A stretch of DNA of 64,000 nucleotides, taken from assembly GCA_964035575.1 (NCBI GenBank), contig OZ037834.1:2046001-2110000 (forward strand). The letters run 5' to 3'. This DNA is from Rhynchopus sp. YZ270_cl-10. Taxonomy: Eukaryota. Under the pieces are notes generated by a model. That model was not told the DNA's origin. It ran no database searches and saw only the letters and a program-made list of their open reading frames with translations. This document shows positions 11,981 to 24,582 of the stretch, in pieces. A program made the translations under genes and the position numbers. Every line of letters starts with the position of its first letter. Position 1 is the stretch's first letter.

Positions 11981-13027
11981 GGCAGCCTCCGCGAAAGACC
12001 CCCCCCTAAAGCTAACATCCATGCTTATTGGTATTTCACTAATTAAAATTTTGGTATTTTATAAGATTTTTTTTTACAATGAACTCAGAGTTAAGTTTCT
12101 GAGCTCATTAAAAAAAAAATCGGTGAAAAATTCCGAGTAGGTATTAATTTAGATAGGAAAAGCTATGTCAACAGCTATGTGTCCCCTTATTTTACCTGTA
12201 AATACTAAGGATATACAAGGAAATCCTCACAAACACCCATATAACCACCCATAGAACAACACAACAGGGGGAAATGTAATCAGCAGCCAAAGCATTCGCT
12301 CAGGAGCTGAAAACCCGGCCTTTCCGAGGCCTAAAAAACTTCGCCGAGCTGCAGGTGTATGCAGGGGTCCACTGGCAGGGGGGCAAAGGGTGGGGCGCGA
12401 GGAGCTGGATGCGCGAGGTGTGTAGCTCGAAGCATATGTCCCTCCATATGCAGAAGACAACCACCAGGAGAAAAGGGGTGTCCGCCGTTTACTACTCCTG
12501 TAGTTGCATCAGCGACACCCTCAGGACAGTGACAGCGAGACGGAGGAGGAAGAGGAGGAACAGGCGGACAATTGTCTGTAACTCTTGGAGAGACTCATCA
12601 CGGAGGTCAATAGGGTCACTCAAAAAAGGGGGGTTTCTGCGAGAAAGTCGACGTCGCCGCAGACGACCCGGAGCGTGAAGCTCTTTCGCGCTCTTTTTGG
12701 AGTGTTCGGAGGGGGCGACAAGCCTCCACCCCCCTTTCCTCCCCCCCCTTTTTGATAATGGGTTTAGAGACAGATATTAGTGAATTCCTTCCTATATCCT
12801 TAGTATTTACAGGTAAAATAAGGGGACACATAGCTGCTGACATAGCTTTTCCTATCTAAATTAATACCTACTCGGAATTTTTCACCGATTTTTTTTTTAA
12901 TGAACTCAGAAACTTAACTCTGAGTTCATTGTAAAAAAAAATCTTATAAAATACTAAAATTTTAATTAGTGAAATACCAATAAGCATGGATGTTAGCTTT
13001 AGGGGGGGGTCTTTCGCGGACGCTCCC
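11981..13027. mobile_element. Non-autonomous DNA transposon with ~250-bp TIRs
   Basis: 11981-12230 is nearly the exact reverse complement of 12780-13027. Both ends are flanked by ATAT (11977-80, 13028-31). The interior is a GC-richer, broken coding-like segment. Confidence 0.85.
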
Positions 13028-13505
13028 ATATTGAATACAACACAAATAGGAATATCTTCCACACAATCCACCTGATTTGGCCGGGGTATCGAACTTCAGG
13101 TATAAACCGTCACAACACCTGAGGCGTGGCTGAGTATTTTATCCGGCACCAAGCGAGGCCCACTTAGCCTCGTTGTATAATTTTCCTATTTTTCAAAGGA
13201 AACTCAAAGAGAGGTGATATGCATCAGGCCCATTTTTTATATTTGTCTCTTCCTTACCCCTTTATGTTCATTCATTCAATTCCCAAAAATTCCCCCTATC
13301 CCCGATCTTTGCCTGCTACTCTTGTTTTAACTAACAAAAATGCAAAAAAAAAAAAAATCAAAAAGAAAGTGGATATTGCACAACTATGGCAACTACACTA
13401 CTCCAAAATTATCAAGAAAAAAAAGAGAGAAAAAAACTCCCTCTGGTTCCCTCTGTTTTTGATCTTTCATTTCCGTAAAGATCCGCCTTTTTTTTTTTTT
13501 TTGTT

Positions 13506-13570
13506 GTGCTTTCATCCGGATGGCTGGCATCGTACGTGGGTCAGTCGGAGGTGCCTGCATTAATAACTTC
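13506..13570 (+). repeat. Representative of dispersed hairpin family C (gtgctttcatccggatggctggcatc-loop-ggaggtgcctgcatc)
   Basis: Copies at 10495, 13506, 26258, 53760 (5' part only) and 55170, all in + orientation. Confidence 0.85.
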
Positions 13571-14036
13571 ACCTTTTTTTTTCTGTGCATGAGAGACAAA
13601 TCCATTCACTATTTTTAGTTGTATATCAAATTTGGTGTATTTCGCTGGTATATTGAAGATGCACCTGCAAAAAAACAAAAAAAAAAAAAAACAAAAACAG
13701 ACAGTGTGGAAAACCCCAGTAAAGAAAACCAAACCACGTTTTCTGCAACTGCTCGGTTTCCCACAACAACAACAACAAAACTATCCCCCCCTGTCCCGTT
13801 CCCCTGCTTTTCCAAGCTACGGGGACCGTATGAAGACTGATATGACCCCAGCCACGTCTCATTAGAGACTTGCTTTGTTGCAGCTGTTGCCCTCCCCTGC
13901 AACTTTTTTTCTTTTCTTTTCTTTGTGGGGGCGGGGAAATAATGCGCAAAATTGTCTCTGCTTCCGCAGAGTCATTGTCACCGTGTGTTGTACGGTGTGT
14001 TTGGGAGGGAGGTGGGGGTGGGACCACTCACGCCCC

Positions 14037-14213
14037 CACGACGGGACCCAATGACAAGTGACAAGTGACAAGTGAAAATGACAAGTGAATGACAAGTAAA
14101 TAGCCTGTATCCCCATAGAAAGTCACTTGTCATGACAAGTGACTTTTTTGACATATTATGACAAGTGAAATGACAAGTGATTCACTTGTCACTTGTCATT
14201 GGGTCCCGTCGTG
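14037..14213. mobile_element. CACG-ended MITE with internal tgacaag repeats (CACTA-like, 2-bp TSD)
   Basis: TIR cacgacgggacccaatgacaagtgacaagtga with its reverse complement ending at 14213. Flanked by cc/cc. Confidence 0.75.
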
Positions 14214-14890
14214 CCCCCACCCCTTTGCATGAGTTCGCCATGAGATGCGTTTTAGTACGTTTTCAACTACTCTTTGTGACGCAGCAGAAGAACGGTCATC
14301 TTATCAACTTTCGTTTCTTCTTTTTTTTGAACGAGAATTATATTATATTTGCAGGTATGTCTTGTAGCCTTCTACGCATAGGAAGGGGTTGTTGGGGAAA
14401 CATTTATTTTGATAACCCGCCGGAGAGTTGCAAACCCGCAAAAGCATCAAAACGATGTCAGAGGCTGGAACAAGGCCTGTGCAGATAGGTTTCCCTCGGG
14501 TCGGAGAGTGGCTTTCACAGTATTGAGGTGGACAATCGAAAGAAACTGGAAGCAATGAGAGGGATTTGGGAAAGCTCTTTGTTTCAAGGTGACTCATCTT
14601 ATAAACTTTATTTTTTTTGCGACCCCACACAGACAACGTGGCAAATGTTTCGCCCTCAGGGACCACCCACACCTGCTTTTTTCAAACCCCACCTCTCCTC
14701 CTTCACCCAGTCTCCGCCCTGATGCTCTCAATTCTCTCCCCCCAGCCACATTACCGAGGTTTTACCCTCTCGATCAGAACAGAAATTCTTCTCCCCCTTT
14801 TATATTCCTCAGTTTTAGTTTCGCGCTATAGTCTAACTCAAATCCCCATAATATTATTATCTCCCAGACATTATTTTACACAAGAAAAAA

Positions 14891-16259
14891 ATGGACAAAA
14901 TACCAGATCTTACCCTCAAGACAACTGATGGCGTGGAACCTGCCGTTTCAAAGATAATTTCATTGATAAAGGAGAGCCGCGCGGGGCATTTGTGTTTATT
15001 GGAGGAGATTACTGTGGAGGAATCGAAATTGCGTGGTTTTCAGGACTTGCGACGCACCTTCTTTGGTTGGGTCTCGCATGCTGATGGATACAAAAATCAA
15101 TTCGCCCGCGCAGAGAAGGCTATCAACCGCTTCCTGATCACAGACGACACACAGCAGCTCTCTGTCGAGCTCATTAAGTCCGGCGTCCAAAGCACGAAGG
15201 CAGAGACCGTCGTTGCAGACCTGGCTGCTGCTGTTCTGAAGCTACGTGCTCTCACCTATGATACCTTACCCATAGCTGATACTGCTGATGGTCCTGTTGA
15301 GATTGAGGTAGCAGGTGACGATGAGGAAGCAGACAACGTGTCCATCCTTCTAACAGGGCGCAAGACCAAAGTGGCAGTGGCACGTCCCATATGGAAGGAT
15401 TTGCGAACGCGGTTTCATGCGTTTGTTCCTCTTGCGGAGCCTGACCTGGATGATGAGGAGCTGGAGACGTTATTCACAGAGTACGCAACGTGGATGCGGA
15501 TGAAGTATATGGTGTTGACAGGGGGGAGAGGTATGGGAAAAAAAAATATTGCATTTTTAGCCTGCGTCCGCGCGATGAACGGTGAGGCGTTTTGCACTTT
15601 CAACTTATCTTTTTATCCCAACCCCGCCCCCTTCAGGAGGCCTGCAAGACTGCATACCAAGCGAGGTCATGACGCTTCTCCACCGCCGCTGTGGGGTCCG
15701 TACCGAGCTCTTCTCGTCCCCTTTGAACTGTGCGAAGTGCGCACCCTCCACCACCACCACCACGACAACACTACCAACCCTCTTCTGCTCCCTCATGCCT
15801 GAATGCGATGCAGTGTTCGGCAGTCTCGGGTCAGCCTTCGACCTGCAGCCATCAAGCGGCACCATCGAAGTGAACCCTCCCTTCACAGAAGCCGTCTTCC
15901 ACGCAACGTACACACACATGGCGGAGACGCTTGCGGCAACGGAGGCGCCGTTGGGCTACGTCGTGGTGGTCCCTGACTGGGGCGATGCGTCGGGCATCGT
16001 CTCCATCCGGAAGAACGTCGGCGGCACGCTCCTGCAGGACATCGCAGTGCCCAAGGGTGAGCATGCCTACCGAGATGGTCTCTCCGGTGCACCCTCACCC
16101 CCCTTCCTCCGAGACACGCTTGTCTTCATCATGGGGAATGCAGCATGGCAGGAGCGCATAGGTAAAGACGCCTTAGAAGGGTTCAAAGCAGAGCTGCTGA
16201 CAACATGGCGTGGGGTTCCGTCATGTGCGGGACGGAAGCGGAAGTTTGCGGAGGTCTAG
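14891..16259 (+). CDS. PCIF1/CAPAM-like N6-adenosine methyltransferase, 2 exons, ~420 aa
   Basis: Exons 14891-15530 and 15637-16259 (phase-1 intron gtatgg...ttcag). Motifs GGLQDCIP, ELFSSPLN, DAVFGSLGS, EVNPPF, VVVPDW and EHAYRDG follow the order of the PCIF1 catalytic domain. No WW domain is visible. Confidence 0.85.
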
Positions 16260-16555
16260 ATTTTAGAGATACGGCCGGGTAAATGCTGTTTTCAACTTTA
16301 AAATAATCGGCAAAGTCGAAAACTGGTGAGGCCAAAAAGGTCGGACCGACTAGGTCGGGTTCTCATCTGTGGGACAAAAAAGCAAAAAAAAAAAACCTCA
16401 AAACCATTGTGTTCCTAATCTGCGATAGGTAGATTGTCGATACGAAACGGAAGCTTTTTTTTCTCCACCCCAACTTCTCTTTTCCGGATCATTTTTCCTG
16501 TATACCCAAACCTGATTTGTCAATGAAAACCCAAAAAACAGTACACACAAATAAA

Positions 16556-18717
16556 ATGCCCAGCTCTGACGACCAATGCATGGTGCTCTGCCAGGGCGGT
16601 GTCGTGACCCCTGGAGAGCGCGGGTCTTCTTCGTTCACTGTAGGCGAGGATGTAGTGTTTCATAAAGACGCCTTTGCTGGAGAACAGACAGATATCTATG
16701 GAAACTCTAGCGCCATGGGTGACAAGACGTTGTACGTCCCGAGAACCGGCGATCGGGTCAAAATTGTGTCTCGTGTCAAAACCATTTCAATCACGTATAG
16801 TGGCAGAGCTGCACGATCTGCGAACGAAGCTGCCTCTCACCTCGAGCTTACTAGGGAGGTGACCTTGCATCCACACCAGACACTCACTGCGAAGGACATC
16901 TCCCGCAACTTCATTGCATTAAAAGAAGGTGCCAAGGTCGACGCATCTTCGGTCCGGTTTTATCTTTTGAAGGCACCCCCTTTAGATGATCCGGCGCATA
17001 TCGAGCTTCCTGCTGCGTTGTCTCCGTCCTATTTTATGGACGGAAAAGAATCGCCATTAGTTTTATGGTGCGCCTTAGAATACGATGAGGTCAACGAAAT
17101 GGACCATTTTGTGTTAAAAACATCGTCAGAGAGTAGAGAAAAGAGGGTAACTGTAAACGATTTGTGGGGAAATTCGATTCGGCTGTCAATTCCGAGTCAT
17201 AACTATAGCACTGCGACGCATGGGGTGGCTCAAGAGGTCTTTCGGAAGAGCGATGCGTTATTGAGGTCGTCTAAAAGGAGGGTAGGGATGCCGGAAAATC
17301 CGTTGGATCAGGATGCAACCGAATTCGATCATGCGAGACGCATAGGTAATGTTCTTCCCAATGTTACGAGAAGGTTTCAGCGTCTGGATGGAGGCCCCGC
17401 GTTGGCGTCGTTTCTTTCGAAATCATCGTCGCATTTGACGGATGGGAGGGTGAGGAGGCATCAGAAGAGCTCGTCGGATCCGCTTGCGGAGGTTCATGGT
17501 GCTACAGCTCCCGATGCTGCGTCGGAATCGGAGTCATTGGATTCAAGGGTGTCGAAGGTGTCGAACGCGCTGACCCCTTCTCCAGACTCGGAAGGGGATG
17601 AGTTGACGCGGCTGTGTTATTCGGATCTGCCGACCGGGCAGTCGGAGTACCGTCTCCTCTACGGTGCCATCACAGCAGTGGTGTACCACAACCGCAACAC
17701 AGAAGGGGGCCTGCCCTGTCCGGTGCTTGCATTTGAGGTAACCCAAATGAGCACCCACGGAGCGAATCTGGCCTCCGTTGTGCAGACGCTCGTTGAGAAG
17801 CAGATCCTCAATGAATCTGAGGTAGACGAACAGGCGTTGACAGGTATGGTTCCTTTTTTTTTTGTTTTTTTGGTCCGTTTTTTAGGGAGAGGTTGTGTGG
17901 CCTAGCCGGGGTGCAAAACCGCCTCGTTTCTACGGTACGGACCAGCATTTCAACTCTTTTTATCGATTTTTTAAAAAATACAACAGCAAAATACACGCTA
18001 ATCTCTGACGCGGACAACCAAGAAGTCGCGCTGGTCCACGGCGAACGCCTCTGCCTCCGCTGCAAAAAGCTTGAACTCCGTCTGCGTGCGGATGTCACCT
18101 CTCCCACCTCCCCCACCTCCCCCACGACGCCCGCCACCGAACACCCCGCTGCCGCAGAGGGTCGGACCCTCCCGAAGCTGTACCTCCGACAGATTTTTGT
18201 CACCGTCTTCAGCGCGAAGTCTGCGAAGTGTGTGCGCATCGGCTGCGACGTCGAGGACACTGCAGCCTTGACACGCGACGCTACCACCATCCTCGCCGAG
18301 GTCCAGGAAGAGGCCATGCGTATCTTCGGCATTACCGGGGTGGGTCGTGGAAGCTACGAGCTGACCGGTCCAGGATACGTTCAAGATGGAAGCGCCTACT
18401 GTCTTGTTCCAACCAAGGCATCCGTTCGCAGCACCCGATCCAAGCGTACGTCTTCAAGTGGTCGTTCTGCAGGTGGTACCGATTTAGTCGCCACATTGAC
18501 GCCAAAGTATTGTACAGTGAGCTTAGATGGTGTGAGTCATATATGCGAAGTATATCCAGCAACACCCCGCGATACGCAGGCATGTATCCGTGCAGCGGTT
18601 GGTCTAGCGACGTGGGGTGAAGTGTCGGTCATGGAGCCAGCAGATCTGGACCCAGTCAGCATAACCTTCAATACCCTCCCTGCTGTATTAATTCTAGAAA
18701 GCCGTGACGAAGTTTGA
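16556..18717 (+). CDS. Hypothetical protein, 2 exons, ~672 aa
   Basis: ORFs 16517-17905 and 17893-18717 join in frame via intron 17844-17986 (gtatgg...caacag, phase 1). No family recognised. Confidence 0.75.
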
Positions 18718-18884
18718 ATGCCATAAAAACAACAAATGAAAACGTTTCTTAAATTCTCAAATTAAATAAAAGGTTTTCATTCTCACTAACCTCCACCACA
18801 CTCCCCTCTAAAAAAAAATCAACTACAGCACACAACACACCCTCTTTCTCTCACATTCTTTTACCTACCCAAAATGAAGTAAAT

Positions 18885-19889
18885 ATGAGATCTCTTTTTC
18901 GCATTAAGCCTTACACTATTCAGAGAAGGAAAGGGTCGTATATTCCTGTTAAGGGGTTTGTGACGACAAATGTGAGTGCTGGCAAAAACAAAGACAATAG
19001 TATACACCCCGTCACACACACCGATACCATGCGATCGCAGAAAGACACGGTGTCTCGGCGCGAATCTGCTCCCTTCCCGCGAGATGTGTCCACTTCCCCC
19101 GAAGAGGAAATTGATGAATGGGACTTTGCAGCTATCAAAGCAAAGTACCGCAAGCACACTGCAGACGGTGCCCCAGCATCTCCCCCTGAGGACTGTGCCC
19201 TCCCGGAGTATAAATTTGCCCTTTCCGAGAAGTTCCGTGGTCCGCTAGCTATGACCCATGCCGATGTGAAGGGTACGTATTCAAAACTTTCAACCCCCCT
19301 TCTCACCCCCCTCTCCCCTCCCACAGCTGCCAAGGCTGCCCTACGACGTTGCGACGTCCCTGAAGTGCTCCGTCTCCGCACCACCGCAATGAGTCTTGCC
19401 GAAGGAGGCAGTGGGGTAGTGTGGTCCACCTTCGCCTTCCGCACTGCAACTGCCGCAGTGGTGTCAGGCACGCTCTCTGCTGAAGAGGCTGAAGCGCTTA
19501 TACGGCCGCTCCAAACTGAGGTGTGCGCCTTCGACCTGAAAACCACCAAGCCCTTCTGGTGCGAGCTGGCAACCTGCTATACACAATGCGAGAATGCACC
19601 CCTTGCGGCTCGTGCCATGGTTATGGCCGCAAAGCGTGGGGTCTTCCTCAAACCTACTCAAGTCCGTCAAATCCTCAGACACGCAAAAACCCTGAGAGAT
19701 GTATTGTTAATCACCAACGCCACATTGTCGCATCACAACCTCCGCCCCGGCCCCTACATGCTCAATCGGCTTACCTCGTTCAGCAATGGGAGCAAAGAGA
19801 AGGACGAGATAGGGCTGTACCTCAAAGCTACCTGGGGGGAAGATGCGGGCCTCGTGGGGAGAAAGGATGGCAGGGTGAAGGTAGTATAG
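18885..19889 (+). CDS. Hypothetical protein, up to 334 aa (basic N-terminus, possible mitochondrial presequence)
   Basis: Long ORF with coding-like composition and helical C-terminal half. The start could be 18885 or the later ATG at 19029. Confidence 0.7.
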   Translation: MRSLFRIKPYTIQRRKGSYIPVKGFVTTNVSAGKNKDNSIHPVTHTDTMRSQKDTVSRRESAPFPRDVSTSPEEEIDEWDFAAIKAKYRKHTADGAPASPPEDCALPEYKFALSEKFRGPLAMTHADVKGTYSKLSTPLLTPLSPPTAAKAALRRCDVPEVLRLRTTAMSLAEGGSGVVWSTFAFRTATAAVVSGTLSAEEAEALIRPLQTEVCAFDLKTTKPFWCELATCYTQCENAPLAARAMVMAAKRGVFLKPTQVRQILRHAKTLRDVLLITNATLSHHNLRPGPYMLNRLTSFSNGSKEKDEIGLYLKATWGEDAGLVGRKDGRVKVV

Positions 19890-20423
19890 GAAGGTGTTGT
19901 GGTTCCTTTTGTTTCCCCTTTTGTTGTTCAATCGGGGATACCGACACTAATGTGCGGGCATTCCCCATGGCGCCGTCTAACTACACATGGAAAAGGGGCA
20001 GGGAAATCCTGGCTTTTGAAGAAGAGAGAGTGATGTGGAGCATAGTCTCAAATTTTCATTTTATTTTGTCTCGTTGTGTTCCCCCTGCTCTCTTTGTCGA
20101 CTATCGTGCATCAAGCGTTGGGTGCAGCGAGCATAAAGCTCCTGTAAGCTCACAACCATACCTTGTCGTCGTCCTTCAGCATGGGGGTTGTTGTTTTTTT
20201 TGAATTTTTATATCTTTCCGGACTGGGCTGAACGTGGTCTTATCGCGTGACAGTTGGTAGTACCAAGCGTTGGTAAATCCAAAACAGAGCGACAACTATA
20301 AAGCATGCCGGGTTTTCTTGCTTCATTAGTCTTGCCGCAGTCAGGGCTCCCAACCCTACACCCCGCCACTCTCTCCCCGTACAGATAATTACCTCACTTT
20401 TTACAACGAAACACCGCGCAAAC

Positions 20424-22754
20424 ATGAAGGCTAGTGTGGTGGTGTGTGCGCTGCTGCTGCATGTGGCAGTGGTGGGTGCACAGCGGTCCTGCAACCGGCC
20501 TGATACACAGACGGAGCCGTGTGTGGGTGCTGCTGATGGATCCGCGTGCAGCTTTGTGAGTGCGAGCTCAGGGCTGACGGTGTGCGGTGTGTGTGCAGGG
20601 ACGAACCGTTGCCCAGACCTGTGCGTGGGGGATGGGAGCACGGGGTGCGGTGACGTGGAGACGACGTCGGCACCTGAGACAGATGTACCTGAGACTGACG
20701 CGCCAGAAACAGATGTGCCAGAAACAGACGTGCCCGAGACAGCAGTACCTGAGACCGACGTGCCACAGACTGACGCGCCAGAAACAGATGTACCCGAGAC
20801 AGCAGTGCCTGAGGGTGAGAGTGCAGGCACGCCCGTAGAGGAGGCAGACCTGACCTGCACAGACGCACCGCTGGATGGGAACTCGCTGCTTGAGCCCTGC
20901 ATGGACACACACATTGTGCCGTCGCTGATTGCACCCATATTTGCGCACCAGACCACACTCACGTCGACGGCAGGACGTCTTGAGGTGACGCTGACTGTGG
21001 AGCAGCACCAGCTCGACGCAGGCGCATTCAAGAAGAACGTGCGTGCCTACTGCTACGAGGGGGTGTGCTCTGTGCCCGGGCCGACGCTGCGTGTGTTCCC
21101 CGGGGACACTGTGGTGCTGACGCTGGTGAACAACCTGCTGGACGTGGAGCCCGAACAGGAGACGTCGGACGGGGAGGGGCTGAACGCGATGCGTCAGGCG
21201 AACATCACAAACATGCACACACACGGCCTGCACGTCGACCCTTCTGCGGACAACGTGATCATCGGTGTGGCGCCTGGGGGTGGGTCAAAGACGTACACAT
21301 ACGAGATCCCTGCGAACCACCTGCCCGGAACACACTGGTACCACTCGCACCACCACGGGTCGAGCTCGCTGCAGGTGTAGGGAGGCATGGTGGGGATGAT
21401 TGTGGTGGACGTGCCGGACTTTGAGGAGTCGCCGCCGACGGAGGTGGAGACGTTTGCGACGGAGTCTGCACGCACGCAGTGGGCAGGGATGCCTGTGTCG
21501 CTCATGTCGATCACACATCACGCGCTGTGCTCGTGCAACCCAACCGGGGCGGGGTTCAGCCTGCACAGCTACTCGACGTTGCGGGAGGTGACTGGCGACA
21601 ACATCCCGCTTGGGGCTGAGCTGGTGGAGAACTCGGACGGGACGCAGACGCAGCAGGTGCTGCTTGTGAACGGGCAGCGCCAGCCTGTGCGCGAGATGCG
21701 TGTCGGTGTGTGGAACCGGTTTGAGCTGCTGAACGCGGTGGGGGACGTGTACTTGGAGATTGAGCTGCGGACGGCTGTGGCGCTTGGGGGCGGTGGTGCG
21801 ACTGCGTGCGAGATGATGCTGCTGTCGCTGGACGGTGTGTTCCCGCACAGCGGTGCACGGTCGATCTCGCACGTGCTGATGATGCCCGCGACCCGTGCAG
21901 GCATTGCGGTGCGCTGCAGCACTGCAGGTGAGTTCTACCTGCAGAGCAACCCGACGGAGCGTGCGTCTGCGTACGACGTTGCCTTCCTGCAGAACCTCGT
22001 CACGCTGGTTGTGAGTGCAGACGGCGGGGATGACGGGACCACGGACGCACCTGTGCTTGCAGAGGCAGACGTGAACCGCCCGAACTACCTGCAGAACATG
22101 CTGGACACGACGCCTGTGTCGGAGTGGCACATGGCCACACGCCTGGCAGGCGCCACTGTTGAGGGCGGCTCCAACTGGCTCGGTGTGGGCGCAGACTGCG
22201 CCACCTCCACCGACGACTGCCCGTTCCTTGCGTTTGGCTACCCCGAGTCTGACGACTCGTCGCGCCACCTGGAGAACTACCACTACCGCCACGTGGGGCG
22301 TCTGTGCGACGTGGAGGATGTTGTCATCAGCGGGGGTGGGGCCTCGCCGCACCCGATGCACTTCCACGTGAACCACTTCCAGGTAGCGTCCTATTCTGGG
22401 AACCCAGCGACGCTTGCGGACTGGGGTGAGGTGGGCGACTGGCGCGACACCATCCCTACCCTGGGTGGACAGCTGCGCGTGCGTCACGCACTCGACGAGC
22501 ACGGCGGGAACGTGATGGTGCACTGCCACTTCCTTTGGCACGAGGACACAGGGATGATGGACAGGTACTACATCGCTGCGAACAACGCAGACGGGACAGG
22601 CAGCGTCGACCCGTGCACTGCCGACGGCACTGACTACTGCGACAACAGCGTCCCCAGCTCTGCCTTTGACGACGCCTACCCACAGGTGCACGGCTCCTGC
22701 GTGTCCTACAGGTCGGCAGCTGGCGACGTTGTCCCGCAGCCACCGACGGAGTAG
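20424..22754 (+). CDS. Secreted multicopper oxidase (laccase-like) interrupted by a single in-frame TAG at 21378-21380
   Basis: Signal peptide, then PETDV-type repeats. All four Cu motifs are present: NMHTHGLH, HWYHSHHHG, HPMHFHVNHF, HCHFLWHEDTGMM. ORFs 20424-21380 and 21387-22754 share a frame (QV*GGMVG). Confidence 0.88.
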
Positions 22755-24582
22755 ACGTCCTTCTGTGCCTGGTATTGCATCAAATCAGAATAGATAGCGT
22801 ACACTCTTTCCATGCCTCTTTTATGTGTACACTTGCAATCAACTCACAGTCATCAACATCCTATTGTGTCGATCATTTGGCACCTTCGAATTTTGTTGAG
22901 ATTTTACCTAAGACATGCGTTGAGTCATCATTCAACGTTTTGTCTTTTTGTTGTTGTATTTCCCCAAGGTCTGCTGCAGTATTGTAAACTGCAGCAGATC
23001 GTCCATTTTTATGAACACTGAACCAATACAAACTGATGTACATTGTTTTGTCTAAAGCGACTCTCTGCATTTGTCTTCACCGCAGGAACGTTTGCTTTTT
23101 TGTCTTGCTTTGTACACAGTTTGTTTCCCCCCTTGCATTTTATTTTGCAATTGGGGGTTTTCCATTTCCCTACAACCTTTCTCCCTTTTTAGCACACACC
23201 GTTGCAAAAAGGGCTTCAGGAACTGTCGCTCTCCATCCTGTCGCTTTCCGCTTGTGGAGGAGGTGTGCGCATTTCCACCTGATTGCCTGAATTTTTATGG
23301 AGCTTAGTGTGATATGTGTGTGGAGGTAAAATCAGGTGGCATTTGCGGTATACTCATCTTCCTTTTTACTTGTCTTCTTCGTGTTATTCAATCAAAACCC
23401 CATATCAACAACATGTCTGGTGCCTTCGGTTCGGGGAGGTCCCGTCGGGTAAGTAGGACCGTTTGCACCTTTCACCTTCGGGGGGTTTACATGACTTTTT
23501 TTTAAACCTGCCTGTACTAAGACCTTGACTAAATATGTGTGTGTGTGTGTGCACTACAGACACATGCATCTTACAAAGAACTTTGCTATACATTTTTTGC
23601 CCCCTTGTCAGGCAACAGAACACATGAACCATGGCTAGGCCCATACCCTACTCTGATACCGCTTTGCTATTAAAAAAGCACTGACCACGCGAATAGCAGA
23701 TCAGTTGTATTTTTTCTCTCCAAGCAAGCGGGTTCGTGGGGATGATAGTGTCTCGGTCTTCGAACCAATTTTATTGTTTTTGCTTTTTTTTTTTTTTGTT
23801 TTGTTGCTGTCTTGTTACAGCACTTTTCACCCCTATTGTTTAGATGTGTGTGCAAAGAATGGGATATGCATCTAGCAATGTTTGCCTTTTTGTTTCCAGG
23901 GGGGAGTACATAGTACACCCCTTTAAAGCTTGCCATTTATCCCAAAGTAGCAAGTATATGAATTTGCTTTTATGTTATGCCACGCTGGTTTCGTTTTTTC
24001 GCCCCTTTGGGGGTTTTAAAACAGAGTTGCAGAGACACAACACTCTCTCCCTCCCCCCCTTTTTTTCAGATGTCAATCTCGAAATGGATGTAGGACCCGC
24101 ACGGCTTTCGGAGTTGCTTGACAGTGTCGTCATATTTGATCAACGGGTAGTACCCCTTGTGTTTCTGATCCGCGTCGTCATCGTGGTGATATCATCGAGC
24201 AGTTCGAGTCTGCAGGGGCAAGTCGGTCGCTAGGTGTGCAGGACATAGTCACTCGGCTAGGGAGGCCTCGCCTTAGCGATTGTGCGCTTCCTCTGCGCTT
24301 CTGTTGTGTCCTCGGGGGGTTCTCCACTTTCAGCCTTTTCTTTGGCAGCGACTGCTGTTCAGCAGAAGGGTGGGCCGCGAAGACTCCATCAAAGGTAAGC
24401 AGTTGTTGTGCCCCCCCTTCACATCATACTACACAAACAGGGTAAAAAAAACACAACACAAATCATATACCCGAGAAAGGCGGGCCTAAAGCGCTGCCCA
24501 TACACAAGACACAGCGTTCCGTGGAGCGCGGCGGGAGGGGGACATACACACAGTGGAGAGGGGAAGCGGCGAGAGGCCTGCA

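Noticed and set aside
16315..16368. Hammerhead-like layout ctggtga-ggcc..ggtc-ggac-cgac..gtcg
   Set aside because: Core bases differ from CUGANGA and GAAA, and stem I does not form.
21378..21380. Genome-wide TAG reassignment
   Set aside because: TAG ends the channel, PCIF1-like, oxidase and TPR genes, and no other long CDS here has an internal TAG.
21285..22691. Long minus-strand ORFs opposite GC-rich genes (also 30736-32214, 39287-40408) and the alternate-frame ORF 41931-43649
   Set aside because: Shadows of biased codon usage in well-supported + strand genes, with no motifs of their own.
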